A stretch of DNA of 64,000 bases from Anaerolineales bacterium (GTDB lineage: Bacteria > Chloroflexota > Anaerolineae > Anaerolineales > JBHHUI01), in the NCBI GenBank assembly GCA_965248775.1, contig OZ252150.1, positions 3,988,042-4,052,041 of the forward strand, in the 5' to 3' direction. The position numbers were made by a program, and so were the translations under genes. Of this stretch, positions 17,680 to 26,867 are shown piece after piece (positions within the stretch are counted from its first letter, which is position 1; every line of letters starts with the position of its first letter). The notes under the pieces were generated by a model. That model was not told where the DNA came from. It searched no databases and was given only the letters and a program-made list of their open reading frames with translations.

Positions 17680-19716
17680 ATGAGTGAGCAAGAAAAACTT
17701 GAAGTCAGCGAAGCCGAAATTGCCGTCCACTGGCAAGAGGAAGGATACTTCCACCCCTCTGAAGAATTTAAGGCCCAAGCCAATATGACCGACGCGGGCA
17801 TCTATGACCGCTTCGGACTCGATAACTTTCCCGATTGCTTCAAAGAATATGCTGACCTGCTAAGTTGGCATAAAGACTGGGACACCACGCTCGACAGTAG
17901 CAATGCGCCGAGTTTTAAATGGTTCGTCGGTGGTGAGATCAACGCCAGCTATAACTGTATCGATCGGCACCTTGAGAAAAACAAGAATAAAGCAGCCATC
18001 ATCTGGGTCCCGGAACCGGAGGACGAGCAACACATTGTTCTGACGTACCAAGAGCTTTACGTGCGCGTGAACGAATTCGCAGCGCTGCTCCAGGATTTTG
18101 CCCGTCTCTCGGCAGGAGACCGCGTCACAATCCATATGCCCATGGTGCCGGAGCTCCCGATCGCAATGCTCGCCTGCGCCCGCTTAGGCGTCATCCATTC
18201 GGTTGTATTTGGTGGTTTCAGCGGCAAAGCCTGTGGCGAACGCGCGGCCGACTCCGGCAGCAACGTGCTCATTTACATGGATGCCTACTATCGCAACGGA
18301 GCACTACTCGACCACAAAGTAAAAGCCGACGAAGCAGTAAAGGCAGCGGCAGCCGAAGGACAGGTGATCGATAAAGTACTCATATGGCAACGCTATCCCG
18401 GCAAGAACTCAGCCGAGACGCCCATGCAAGCTGGTCGCGACTTCTTCGTCAACGATTTGCTCATGGACTATCGTGGCCGGCGTGTTGATGCGGTACCCAT
18501 GCCCGCCGAAGCACCCCTGTTTCTAATGTACACCAGCGGTACAACTGGTCGGCCTAAAGGCTGCCAGCACGGCACCGGTGGCTATCTGGCCTACGCAGCT
18601 GGCACATCAAAATATATTCAGGACATCCATCCCGAGGATGTCTATTGGTGTATGGCCGACATCGGTTGGATCACAGGTCACTCCTACATTGTTTATGGGC
18701 CATTGGTTTTGGCAGCCACGAGTGTGATGTATGAAGGCGTACCAGGCTTCCCGGATCCGGGCCGTGCTTGGCGTATTGCCGAACGCTTGAATGTGAACAT
18801 CTTCCACACTGCGCCGACAACTGTGCGCATGCTGCGCAAGGCCGGGCCGGATGAGCCGCAGAAATACAACTTCGAGTTCAAACACATGACCACTGTCGGC
18901 GAACCGATCGAGCCGCAAGTATGGAAATGGTATTACGAGGTGATCGGCAAGGGCAAAGCAGCCATTGTTGATACTTGGTGGCAAACGGAGACCGGCGGCT
19001 TCTTGTGCAGCACCATGCCCGCATTGCACGCCATGAAACCCGGCAGCGCCGGCCCGGCGGTGCCGGGCATCCACGCTGTCATTTACGACGAAGAAGGGCA
19101 GGAGATTCCGCCAGGCTCCAATAAGGCGGGAAATATTTGTATCCGGAATCCCTGGCCGGGTCAGTTCCAGACCATCTGGGGTGATCACGAACGTTTCGTC
19201 GCTACTTACTTTACAAAGTACAACAAAGACCCAAACAGCACCGATTGGCGCGACTGGCCCTATTTCCCCGGAGACGCGGCCATGCAGTCCGCCGATGGCT
19301 ATTACCGTATCCTTGGTCGGGTGGATGATGTGATCAATGTGGCCGGGCATCGGCTTGGCACGAAGGAATTGGAATCGGCGTGCCTGGTTGTCGATCAGAT
19401 CGCCGAGGCTGCCGTTGTCCCTGTTGCCGACGAAGTAAAAGGGCGCGTGCCCGATATTTACGTCTCTCTTAAGCTGGGGATTGAACCGGGCCCGGAGATA
19501 GCAGCCGCCGTGATCAGCGAGATTGAAGAATCGATTGGAAAAATCGCTCGGCCCAAGAATGTCTGGATCGTGCCCGACATGCCTAAAACACGCTCCGGCA
19601 AGATCATGCGCCGCGTGTTGGCCTCGATTTCTAATGGCACGGACGTGGGGGATGTAACAACCCTAGCCAATCCGGAAATTGTTGAACAAGTAAAGGAAAT
19701 GGTTCAGAACAGCTAA
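17680..19716 (+). CDS. acs: acetyl-CoA synthetase (AMP-forming)
   Basis: Near-colinear with Acs motifs YTSGTTGRPKG, TWWQTETGG, RSGKIMRR. 678 aa. Confidence 0.9.
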   Translation: MSEQEKLEVSEAEIAVHWQEEGYFHPSEEFKAQANMTDAGIYDRFGLDNFPDCFKEYADLLSWHKDWDTTLDSSNAPSFKWFVGGEINASYNCIDRHLEKNKNKAAIIWVPEPEDEQHIVLTYQELYVRVNEFAALLQDFARLSAGDRVTIHMPMVPELPIAMLACARLGVIHSVVFGGFSGKACGERAADSGSNVLIYMDAYYRNGALLDHKVKADEAVKAAAAEGQVIDKVLIWQRYPGKNSAETPMQAGRDFFVNDLLMDYRGRRVDAVPMPAEAPLFLMYTSGTTGRPKGCQHGTGGYLAYAAGTSKYIQDIHPEDVYWCMADIGWITGHSYIVYGPLVLAATSVMYEGVPGFPDPGRAWRIAERLNVNIFHTAPTTVRMLRKAGPDEPQKYNFEFKHMTTVGEPIEPQVWKWYYEVIGKGKAAIVDTWWQTETGGFLCSTMPALHAMKPGSAGPAVPGIHAVIYDEEGQEIPPGSNKAGNICIRNPWPGQFQTIWGDHERFVATYFTKYNKDPNSTDWRDWPYFPGDAAMQSADGYYRILGRVDDVINVAGHRLGTKELESACLVVDQIAEAAVVPVADEVKGRVPDIYVSLKLGIEPGPEIAAAVISEIEESIGKIARPKNVWIVPDMPKTRSGKIMRRVLASISNGTDVGDVTTLANPEIVEQVKEMVQNS

Positions 19717-19744
19717 ACAGGTGCAGTAAGAATGCATTGTGGCC

Positions 19745-19780
19745 CGTCGAAAGAATACAAATTTCGACAGGTCTTTTTGA
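19745..19780 (+). terminator. putative intrinsic terminator after acs
   Basis: GTCGAAA-loop-TTTCGAC stem followed by CTTTTTGATTTT. Confidence 0.45.
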
Positions 19781-19810
19781 TTTTCACATTAAGTTCTGAA
19801 AGGACTATAA

Positions 19811-22474
19811 ATGGACCAGTGGGTCTCTTTGTTTGAAGAAGGCAACCGCACGATGGTGGATATATTGGGCGGAAAGGGAGCCGGACTTGCAGAAATGTCA
19901 CGTGCAGGTTTACCCGTCCCGCCTGGATTCACGATCACGACCGACGCCTGTCGCACATATTACAAGAACGACAAGCTATTTCCAGAGGGCATGTGGTCGC
20001 AAAGCAAAGCTGCGCTGCTTAAAGTGGAAGCGCGGACGGGTAAACAATTTGGCAATCCGGCCAGCCCCTTGCTGCTATCAGTTCGTTCGGGTGCGCCAAT
20101 TTCAATGCCGGGCATGATGGATACAGTCCTCAACCTTGGATTAAATCCTGACACTATCAACGGACTGGCGGAACTTACCGGCGATGAGCGCTTTGCCTGG
20201 GATGCGTATCGCCGCCTGGTGCAGATGTTTGGCGAGATCGTCCTGGGTGTGCCGAGAGACAAGCTCGATCGCGCTTCCGGCAATAAGCCGGTGGTTGATC
20301 TGGATTTGGCCGCCCTCAAAACGCTGGTTGAACGTCTCAAAGAGATCATCTTCGGCGAAGTCCGTCAGGAAGTACCCGATGACCCGGAAGAGCAACTGCG
20401 GCTCGCAATCGCAGCTGTGTTCGACTCGTGGATGAATCGGCGGGCGGTAGATTATCGTCGTCTAAATCGCATCCCGGATGAGAAGAGTACAGCAGTCAAT
20501 GTGCAGGCCATGGTTTTCGGAAACGCCGGGAAAGACTCAGGCACAGGCGTGGCATTCACCCGCGATCCGAGCACTGGCGAGCCGGGCCTGTACGGCGAGT
20601 TCCTCATTAATGCACAAGGGGAGGATGTCGTAGCCGGCATCCGCACACCGGAGCCAATCGCGCGCATGCCGGAGATTTTGCCAGCGGCCTACGAGCAATT
20701 GCTGGACATTGCCCAGCGGCTCGAAGCACACTACCGTGAAATGCAGGATGTCGAGTTCACAGTGGAGCGCGGCAGCCTGTGGATGCTGCAGTCTCGCAGC
20801 GGGAAACGAACCGGCCGCGCTGCCACGCGCATCGTAGTTGACCTTGTTAACGAAGGCCTCATCAATCGGGAAGAGGCCGTGCGCCGCGTTGCCCCCGAAC
20901 AGCTTGAGCAACTGTTACACCCGATCGTAGATACAACAGCAACCACGACGCGCCTCGCCACAGGTCTGGCGGCTTCTCCCGGTGCGGCCGCCGGGATTGT
21001 TGTCTTCGACGCAGACGAAGCGCTGGCGCGCGGCGAAGCCGGCGAGGCGGTTGTGTTAATCCGACACGAAACCAACCCGGACGATTTTCATGGCATGGTG
21101 GCCGCGCAGGCCATTGTCACGGCGCGCGGTGGTGTAACTTCGCATGCGGCCGTGGTCGCACGCGGAATGGGGAAGTGCTGCGTTGTCGGCTGCGGCGCCC
21201 TCAAGATCGATTATGGACAACAGCTGTTTACTGCTGACGGTATTACGGTGTCAAGCGGCGAATGGATAACTGTGGATGGCAATTGTGGCGATGTTTTACT
21301 CGGGCGGGTGCCCACTATCGATCCTGAGCTGGATGAATACTTCGAGACTGTTATGCAGTGGTCCGATGAATATCGGCAGCTTGCTGTGCGGGCGAACGCC
21401 GATAACCCAACGGACGCCGAAGTCGCCCGCCGCTTTGGCGCACAGGGAATCGGTCTCTGCCGCACCGAGCATATGTTCTTTGAAGGCGAGCGCATTGAAG
21501 TCATGCGCGAGATGATCATGGCGCCCAATGCGGTGGTACGGGCGGAAGCACTGGCAAAACTCGAACCACTACAGACGAATGACTTTGAAGGAATCTTTCG
21601 AGCCATGCATGGGTACCCGGTTACCGTTCGGTTGCTTGATCCACCATTGCACGAGTTTCTGCCACCACGCGAGGAGACCCTGCTCACAATCACCGATCTG
21701 AAGTTGAAATTGCGTCAGGCGGGCACTGTTGCAGAAATCGACGCACTGCTCCTGGAGATTAATGAGAAGGAGTCCATCCTGGCGCAGATCAATCGCCTGG
21801 CCGAGTCCAATCCGATGCTCGGCCATCGCGGATGCCGATTGGGTGTGGTCTATCCAGAAGTGACAACGATGCAAGCGCGCGCTATCTTCACTGCGGCAGT
21901 GCGCTGTGTGCGAGAAAATGTAGTGGTAATACCGGAGGTCATGATTCCGCTCGTCGCCTACACGGCGGAATTCATATCACAGGAGGCTATCGTCCGCACT
22001 GTTGCGGAGGAAGTGTTTGCCGGGCACGGCGTGCGATTGGAATACACCGTAGGTACTATGATCGAGCTCCCGCGTGCGGCTTTGATAGCAGACAAGATTG
22101 CTACGACGGCCGAGTTCTTCTCATTCGGCACAAACGATCTCACCCAGACGACACTGGGACTGAGTCGTGATGATTCTTCGCGCTTTCTACCGGGGTACGT
22201 GCAACGCGGCATCCTGGATGACGACCCATTCCAGACGTTGGATATTTATGGCGTTGGTCAGCTCATACAATTGGGGGTCGAACGCGGCCGCGCCACACGA
22301 CCAGATCTGAAGGTGGGCATCTGTGGCGAGCATGGCGGCGACCCACGCTCTGTCGAATTCTTCCACAATGCCGGATTGGATTATGTCAGTTGTTCGCCAT
22401 TTCGCGTGCCTGTTGCACGCCTGGCTGCCGCGCACGCTGCGCTGCATAATGCAGCAGAAGACTCAAAGAATTGA
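19811..22474 (+). CDS. ppdK: pyruvate, phosphate dikinase
   Basis: 887 aa. The N-terminus GGKGAGLAEMSRAGLPVPPGFTITT, the phospho-His region (GGVTSHAAVVARGMGK) and the C-terminal PEP-utilising domain are all PPDK-typical. Confidence 0.92.
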   Translation: MDQWVSLFEEGNRTMVDILGGKGAGLAEMSRAGLPVPPGFTITTDACRTYYKNDKLFPEGMWSQSKAALLKVEARTGKQFGNPASPLLLSVRSGAPISMPGMMDTVLNLGLNPDTINGLAELTGDERFAWDAYRRLVQMFGEIVLGVPRDKLDRASGNKPVVDLDLAALKTLVERLKEIIFGEVRQEVPDDPEEQLRLAIAAVFDSWMNRRAVDYRRLNRIPDEKSTAVNVQAMVFGNAGKDSGTGVAFTRDPSTGEPGLYGEFLINAQGEDVVAGIRTPEPIARMPEILPAAYEQLLDIAQRLEAHYREMQDVEFTVERGSLWMLQSRSGKRTGRAATRIVVDLVNEGLINREEAVRRVAPEQLEQLLHPIVDTTATTTRLATGLAASPGAAAGIVVFDADEALARGEAGEAVVLIRHETNPDDFHGMVAAQAIVTARGGVTSHAAVVARGMGKCCVVGCGALKIDYGQQLFTADGITVSSGEWITVDGNCGDVLLGRVPTIDPELDEYFETVMQWSDEYRQLAVRANADNPTDAEVARRFGAQGIGLCRTEHMFFEGERIEVMREMIMAPNAVVRAEALAKLEPLQTNDFEGIFRAMHGYPVTVRLLDPPLHEFLPPREETLLTITDLKLKLRQAGTVAEIDALLLEINEKESILAQINRLAESNPMLGHRGCRLGVVYPEVTTMQARAIFTAAVRCVRENVVVIPEVMIPLVAYTAEFISQEAIVRTVAEEVFAGHGVRLEYTVGTMIELPRAALIADKIATTAEFFSFGTNDLTQTTLGLSRDDSSRFLPGYVQRGILDDDPFQTLDIYGVGQLIQLGVERGRATRPDLKVGICGEHGGDPRSVEFFHNAGLDYVSCSPFRVPVARLAAAHAALHNAAEDSKN

Positions 22475-22482
22475 CAGCCGAA

Positions 22483-23259
22483 TTAAAGCGGCGAACTTGT
22501 CACACCTCCATCAAACATGAGTGCGTGACCATGAATAAAGGAGGCCGCCGGCGAGGCCAGCCAGGCGACGGTGCGCCCGAATTCTTCAACCGTGCCGATG
22601 CGCCGCAGTGGAATGCTCGCAGCGGCTTGCTCCATCTCTTCATCCATCGACGTGCCCTTATCCGTCATACTATTACGCAACAATTGCTCAACCCGGTCGG
22701 TGTAGGTGAAGGTTGGGTTGATCGAGTTGACCCGGATCCCATCCGGGCCGAGTTCGTTCGCCATCGATTTCAGTAAACCGATTACCGCGAGCCGGATCGA
22801 GTTTGAAAGGATCAAATTGTCGGCGGGTTGTTTAATCGACACTGATTCAATCGCGACGATGCTGCCTGTACCGCGTTCAACCATGTGCGGTACCACGGTG
22901 TAGCAGGCGCGCACGGCGCTCATAAATGTAAGCTGTACGGCCGCTTCCCAGTCCTGCGGCTTGAGCGAAAGCAACGTTCCGGGCGGCGGGCCACCGGCGT
23001 TGATCACCAGAATGTCGATCTGACCGAACTCGGCGAGGGTTGCCTCGACTACACTGGCGATATCTTTCTGCATCGTTACGTCGGCCCGCACAGCGAGCAC
23101 CTCCGCACCGGTCTCCACACGGATGGCTTCGGCAGTTGTTTCCAATGCATCACTACGCGCACAGATAGCCACACGCGCGCCTTCAGCCGCGAGGGCTTGA
23201 GCGCTCGCCCGACCCAGACCCTTCGACGCGGCCATGACGAGTGCGACTTTATCTTTCAA
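22483..23259 (-). CDS. SDR-family oxidoreductase (3-oxoacyl-ACP reductase-like)
   Basis: N-terminal GxxxGxG Rossmann motif (MAASKGLGRA) and SDR-like catalytic region. Convergent with ppdK (8-bp spacer). Confidence 0.8.
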   Translation of the reverse strand: MKDKVALVMAASKGLGRASAQALAAEGARVAICARSDALETTAEAIRVETGAEVLAVRADVTMQKDIASVVEATLAEFGQIDILVINAGGPPPGTLLSLKPQDWEAAVQLTFMSAVRACYTVVPHMVERGTGSIVAIESVSIKQPADNLILSNSIRLAVIGLLKSMANELGPDGIRVNSINPTFTYTDRVEQLLRNSMTDKGTSMDEEMEQAAASIPLRRIGTVEEFGRTVAWLASPAASFIHGHALMFDGGVTSSPL

Positions 23260-23314
23260 CCCAAGGTCCTTACTTAGTTACTCCTCTTCGATAGTTACTC
23301 TCTCCACAAATAAC

Positions 23315-23788
23315 TCACAAATCTTTCATCTCCAGCGAGGTAGTAATCGCAACGCAATCTCGGATCGTGCGCGCCACCGGACAATAGTCTGCGTGAAAGC
23401 CATGCGTATGTTCGGCCAGCTCGCGCTTCTCCGGGTCGAGCTTCAGATGATAGCGGACATGGATGCGCTTGATGACAAGCACCTTCCCATCCTTCTCGAT
23501 CTCGCCCATAGCCTCGGATGTCAGATAGCCTTCCCCGGCCGGAATTTTGCGCGCTTCCAGCGCGCCCCCGAAGGTTCCGGTCAGTCAACCTGCTGTAGAG
23601 GCAACAACATAGTCGAGTGTTGTGGAATGCGGATCTTGTTGCGTCATATCGGTGCCGTAGTGCTCAGCGACTTCGGCATGCACGCCGAAGTGCACCGGTT
23701 CGGTCTCAACTGGTAAATAGGCGCGGCGATGTGGTCCTTTCACGCGTTCGATGCGCACGTTGGATCGATAGACAACTTCGTCTGTCAT
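23315..23788 (-). CDS. OsmC/Ohr-family peroxiredoxin with an in-frame TGA (complement 23585-23587) at the conserved peroxidatic-Cys position. It is either a selenoprotein candidate or a pseudogene.
   Basis: A single reading frame covers the two ORF-track pieces: ...TLDYVVASTAG-[TGA]-LTGTFGGALEARK...HADYCPVARTI. The second conserved Cys (YCPV) is present. A GC-rich hairpin begins 4 nt after the TGA. Confidence 0.55.
23537..23580 (-). promoter_or_regulatory. candidate bacterial SECIS-like stem-loop in the mRNA immediately 3' of the in-frame UGA
   Basis: mRNA CCGGAA-CCUUCGGGG-GCGCGC-UGGAA-GCGCGC-AAAA-UUCCGG: a 6-bp inner stem plus a 6-bp outer stem, starting 4 nt downstream of the UGA. Confidence 0.4.
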
Positions 23789-23887
23789 GATGCTCTCCTT
23801 TATTAGAGTTGGGGAGTTACTGTAAGTCGATGGTACGCGACGAAATGACGAGCGTCAAGAGCAAGCCGAGGTGAATGAACCGCGGGA

Positions 23888-24514
23888 TTAATCCGTGTAC
23901 AAGATGACGATGAAGCGCCCCGGGCCATGAACGCCGATTGCGAGTGTTACTTCAATATCGGCCGATTTACTCGGACCGCTGATGACGTTTACATTGGCGG
24001 GCATTCCACCCTGGCGGGCTGCTGTCCACGTGAATATGTCGGCCGTCAAAGCCGAGGTCGGCACCAGGGCAATGTGCACAGGCGGCAGCAAGGTCGCCAG
24101 CCGGCTCCGTCCAGGACCGCTACTTACAATAATGCTGCCGGTCTCAGCCAGGGCTGCGTCGGCGCCGCTCAGCCCTACGTCGGCGCGGGCGCAGAAGGCG
24201 CGCAAATCGTCGGCAGTCTCCCCAACGATATGCCATTCCAGTTCCGGCCAGCGTTGCGTCAGCCGCGCATCGGAAAGCGGCGGCTCGGCGTTGGCGACGA
24301 CGGTGCGGGCGTTCAGCTCGCGGAGCAGTTTACCGAGTGCGTCCCAAGCCACCGCCAGGCTTGGCGCGCGGACAACCTCGCCTTTTGCAGCAGTCAGCGC
24401 AGATTCGAAACGCCCGGCAGGGTCGCCAAAATCTCGCCGCGAAACCCAGGCCGGCGGCATTTCCTGTTCGCGTGCCAGACCACGCAGTTGCTCAAAGATC
24501 GATTCGCGCGCGCT
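23888..24514 (-). CDS. lutC: lactate utilization protein C (LUD/LutC family)
   Basis: LUD-domain sequence. GTG start overlaps the lutB stop (GTGA) and is preceded by GGAGG. The longer 260-aa ORF-track call extends upstream into lutB and is rejected. Confidence 0.7.
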   Translation of the reverse strand, partial: SARESIFEQLRGLAREQEMPPAWVSRRDFGDPAGRFESALTAAKGEVVRAPSLAVAWDALGKLLRELNARTVVANAEPPLSDARLTQRWPELEWHIVGETADDLRAFCARADVGLSGADAALAETGSIIVSSGPGRSRLATLLPPVHIALVPTSALTADIFTWTAARQGGMPANVNVISGPSKSADIEVTLAIGVHGPGRFIVILYTD

Positions 24515-25926
24515 CACTCTTTTGCCTCCAATTCGCCGGCCTGCCACATTGTGCGGAAGGAACGCTGCGCCAGGCCGGGCATACGGCGACCCACCGTCGG
24601 GTCGAGCCCGCGGGGCAGATGTAACTGGCCGTCGCGCAAAAATATCCCTTGCAAGCGGCGGAATATCCATGTGACAAATCGGAGCAGGCGCTCGTGGGCG
24701 AGCACGACGCCTGCAGCTTCCTCAACTTTGCGTTCGGGCCAGGGGATCACGCCTTCGCGCACCTCCGTCTCGCGCAGCGCCAGCAGCATGCGCGGTAGGT
24801 CGATGCGCACTGGACAGATGTCTTTGCAGGCCTGGCACAATGAACAGGCGTGCGGCAACGCCTCGTACTCGCGCAATCCCGAGTACAGCGGCGTAATCAC
24901 TGAGCCGATTGGGCCGTTGTACGGACTGCCGTAGGCATGCCCGCCGGCTTCGCGGTAGACCGGGCACACGTTCAGGCATGCACCGCAACGAATGCACTGC
25001 AATACCTCTTCGTATTCTCCACCGATCTGTCGGCTGCGACCGTTGTCGAGAAAGACAACGTGCACCTCGCGCGGGCCGTCCGGGTCTTCGTTACGCGCCG
25101 GGCCGCTAATGATGCTCGTATAAACCGAGAGTGGTTGCCCGGTTGCGCTGCGCGCTAGTAAAGCCAGCCAGGCGGCAGCGCCATCCCATGTAGGCACGAC
25201 TTTTTCGATTCCGATCACGGCCACATGCACAGGCGGCGCCGAAGTGACCAGTCGGCCATTGCCCTCATTCGTAACCAAGACGACGCTGCCGGTCTCGGCG
25301 ATGGCGATGTTGCCTCCGGAAATCCCCATTCCGGCTGCCAGGAATTTCTCACGTAGCACGCGGCGCGCTTCGGCGGTGAGCATGGCGATGTCGTCCGGCG
25401 CCAACGAGCGCCCGGCGGCCTCTGAAATTAATTCGGCGGCTTGCTCGCGAGTCTTGTGAATCGCCGGGCCGATGATATGAAAGGGCGGTTCCTGCGCAAG
25501 TTGGATGATCCACTCACCCAAGTCGGTCTCTACCGGCTCAACGCCGACGGTCACAAGCGCGTCATTCAAATGGATTTCCTCGGTCGTCATCGATTTACTC
25601 TTCGTCGCCAGCGTCACCCCGTGCTCCTCGGCTATGTCAATGACGATCTTGCGCGCAGCCTCGCCCGTGGAGGCCCAATGGACGTTCACACCGGCCGCGA
25701 CTGCATTTCGTTCAAATATCTCCAGGTACCGAGCGAGATCGGCCAGCGTGCGGGCACGAATACTTTTGAAATGATCGCGGAGCTTCTCAGAGTCGGGGAG
25801 TTCGGCCAGCGCCTGCCTACGGGCACCCAACAGGTTGCCCGTGGCAGTGTCCAGCGCGCCCTGCAGCCGGATATCCTCTATGGCGATTGTGGCTTGTTGG
25901 CGGAATTGCGGAAATGTGGCCGTCAT
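24514..25926 (-). CDS. lutB: lactate utilization protein B (4Fe-4S ferredoxin domain + LUD/DUF162)
   Basis: CIRCGACLNVCPVY and CSLCQACKDICPV ferredoxin-type clusters. 470 aa. Confidence 0.85.
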   Translation of the reverse strand: MTATFPQFRQQATIAIEDIRLQGALDTATGNLLGARRQALAELPDSEKLRDHFKSIRARTLADLARYLEIFERNAVAAGVNVHWASTGEAARKIVIDIAEEHGVTLATKSKSMTTEEIHLNDALVTVGVEPVETDLGEWIIQLAQEPPFHIIGPAIHKTREQAAELISEAAGRSLAPDDIAMLTAEARRVLREKFLAAGMGISGGNIAIAETGSVVLVTNEGNGRLVTSAPPVHVAVIGIEKVVPTWDGAAAWLALLARSATGQPLSVYTSIISGPARNEDPDGPREVHVVFLDNGRSRQIGGEYEEVLQCIRCGACLNVCPVYREAGGHAYGSPYNGPIGSVITPLYSGLREYEALPHACSLCQACKDICPVRIDLPRMLLALRETEVREGVIPWPERKVEEAAGVVLAHERLLRFVTWIFRRLQGIFLRDGQLHLPRGLDPTVGRRMPGLAQRSFRTMWQAGELEAKE

Positions 25927-26651
25927 CGAGAGGCCGCCTCCAACAACGTGGCGATGTGCTCGACCTGCAGGCCGTCTTCAGGAGCAAGGCTGCGCATCTG
26001 GATAATACAGCCCGGATCGGCCGACGCTAGGATCGGCGCGCCGCTCTCAACCGCCTGAGCGACTTTTTCGATCGTCATCGCGTTGGAGACTTCCGGCATG
26101 CGCAGGGAAAAGAGGCCACCGAATCCACAACAGCGGTCGGACTCACGCATTTCATTCACGCGGTGGCCGGCGGCGGCGAGCAACTTGCGCGGCTCTGCGC
26201 CAAGCTGCAACATGCGGCACATGTGGCACGAATCGTGGTAAGTCACCTCGGGTGCGGAGGCTGCTCTGGCCGGCGTCCAACCAGCCTGCTCGACCAGGAA
26301 TTCGCTCAGCTCAAAGGTTTTTTCCGCCAGCATTTTGGCGCGGTTGTGCCAATCCGGCCACGGCTCCAACAGGTGGGGATATTCGATGCGAAGCATCGCC
26401 GTACACGAACCGCTCGGCAGCACCACCGCTGGATAGTCACCGAGGATGTCAACCGTCCGCTTGGCAAGTCGCACGGCTTCGTGCGCGTGTCCGCTATTGT
26501 GGAAGGGCTGCCCGCAGCAGGTCTGCGCGGCCGGAAACTCGACCTTGTAGCCCGCCCGTCGCAGGAGCTGCAGGGTGGCAACGCCGACCTCCGGCAGCAC
26601 CTGGTCGACCAGGCATGTTACAAATAAAGCAACTCGTCGCGCCTCGGTCAT
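25923..26651 (-). CDS. lutA: lactate utilization protein A / (Fe-S)-binding CCG-domain oxidoreductase
   Basis: Two cysteine-rich CCG motifs (CCGQPFHNSGH; CCGFGG). Overlaps the lutB start. Confidence 0.8.
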   Translation of the reverse strand: MTEARRVALFVTCLVDQVLPEVGVATLQLLRRAGYKVEFPAAQTCCGQPFHNSGHAHEAVRLAKRTVDILGDYPAVVLPSGSCTAMLRIEYPHLLEPWPDWHNRAKMLAEKTFELSEFLVEQAGWTPARAASAPEVTYHDSCHMCRMLQLGAEPRKLLAAAGHRVNEMRESDRCCGFGGLFSLRMPEVSNAMTIEKVAQAVESGAPILASADPGCIIQMRSLAPEDGLQVEHIATLLEAASR

Positions 26652-26854
26652 AATTGTCTCCGTTGTTCAAACAGGCGAATTGTACCGCATCCGGCAAGCC
26701 TATCGGTTCTCCCGCCAACCGGCCGGCAAGGTCGCGATTGCTGCTATCCAAATGGAATGGGGTCATCCTTGCCGAAAGCGTGCACAGTTTTCCCGATGGT
26801 GAAGAACTCATGAACCAAGTGGACATCTCCGTCGGCTAATATCGCTCCCAACAG

Positions 26855-26860
26855 TATAAT
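26855..26860 (+). promoter_or_regulatory. TATAAT -10 box 7 nt upstream of ATG 26868 (leaderless-type promoter)
   Basis: TATAAT-CGCGCGC-ATG seen directly; no room for an SD sequence. Confidence 0.5.
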
Positions 26861-26867
26861 CGCGCGC

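Noticed and set aside
18607-19350. 247-aa ORF antisense to acs
   Set aside because: Embedded in a highly conserved acs gene; antisense artefact.
23888-24670. Longer 260-aa version of lutC starting at 24670
   Set aside because: It would overlap lutB by 156 bp. An internal GTG at 24514 overlaps the lutB stop (GTGA), is preceded by GGAGG, and gives a normal LutC length.
23927-24934. 335-aa and 230-aa plus-strand ORFs across lutC/lutB
   Set aside because: Arg/Ala/Ser-rich high-GC antisense frames. The lut genes on the minus strand carry clear Fe-S and LUD motifs.
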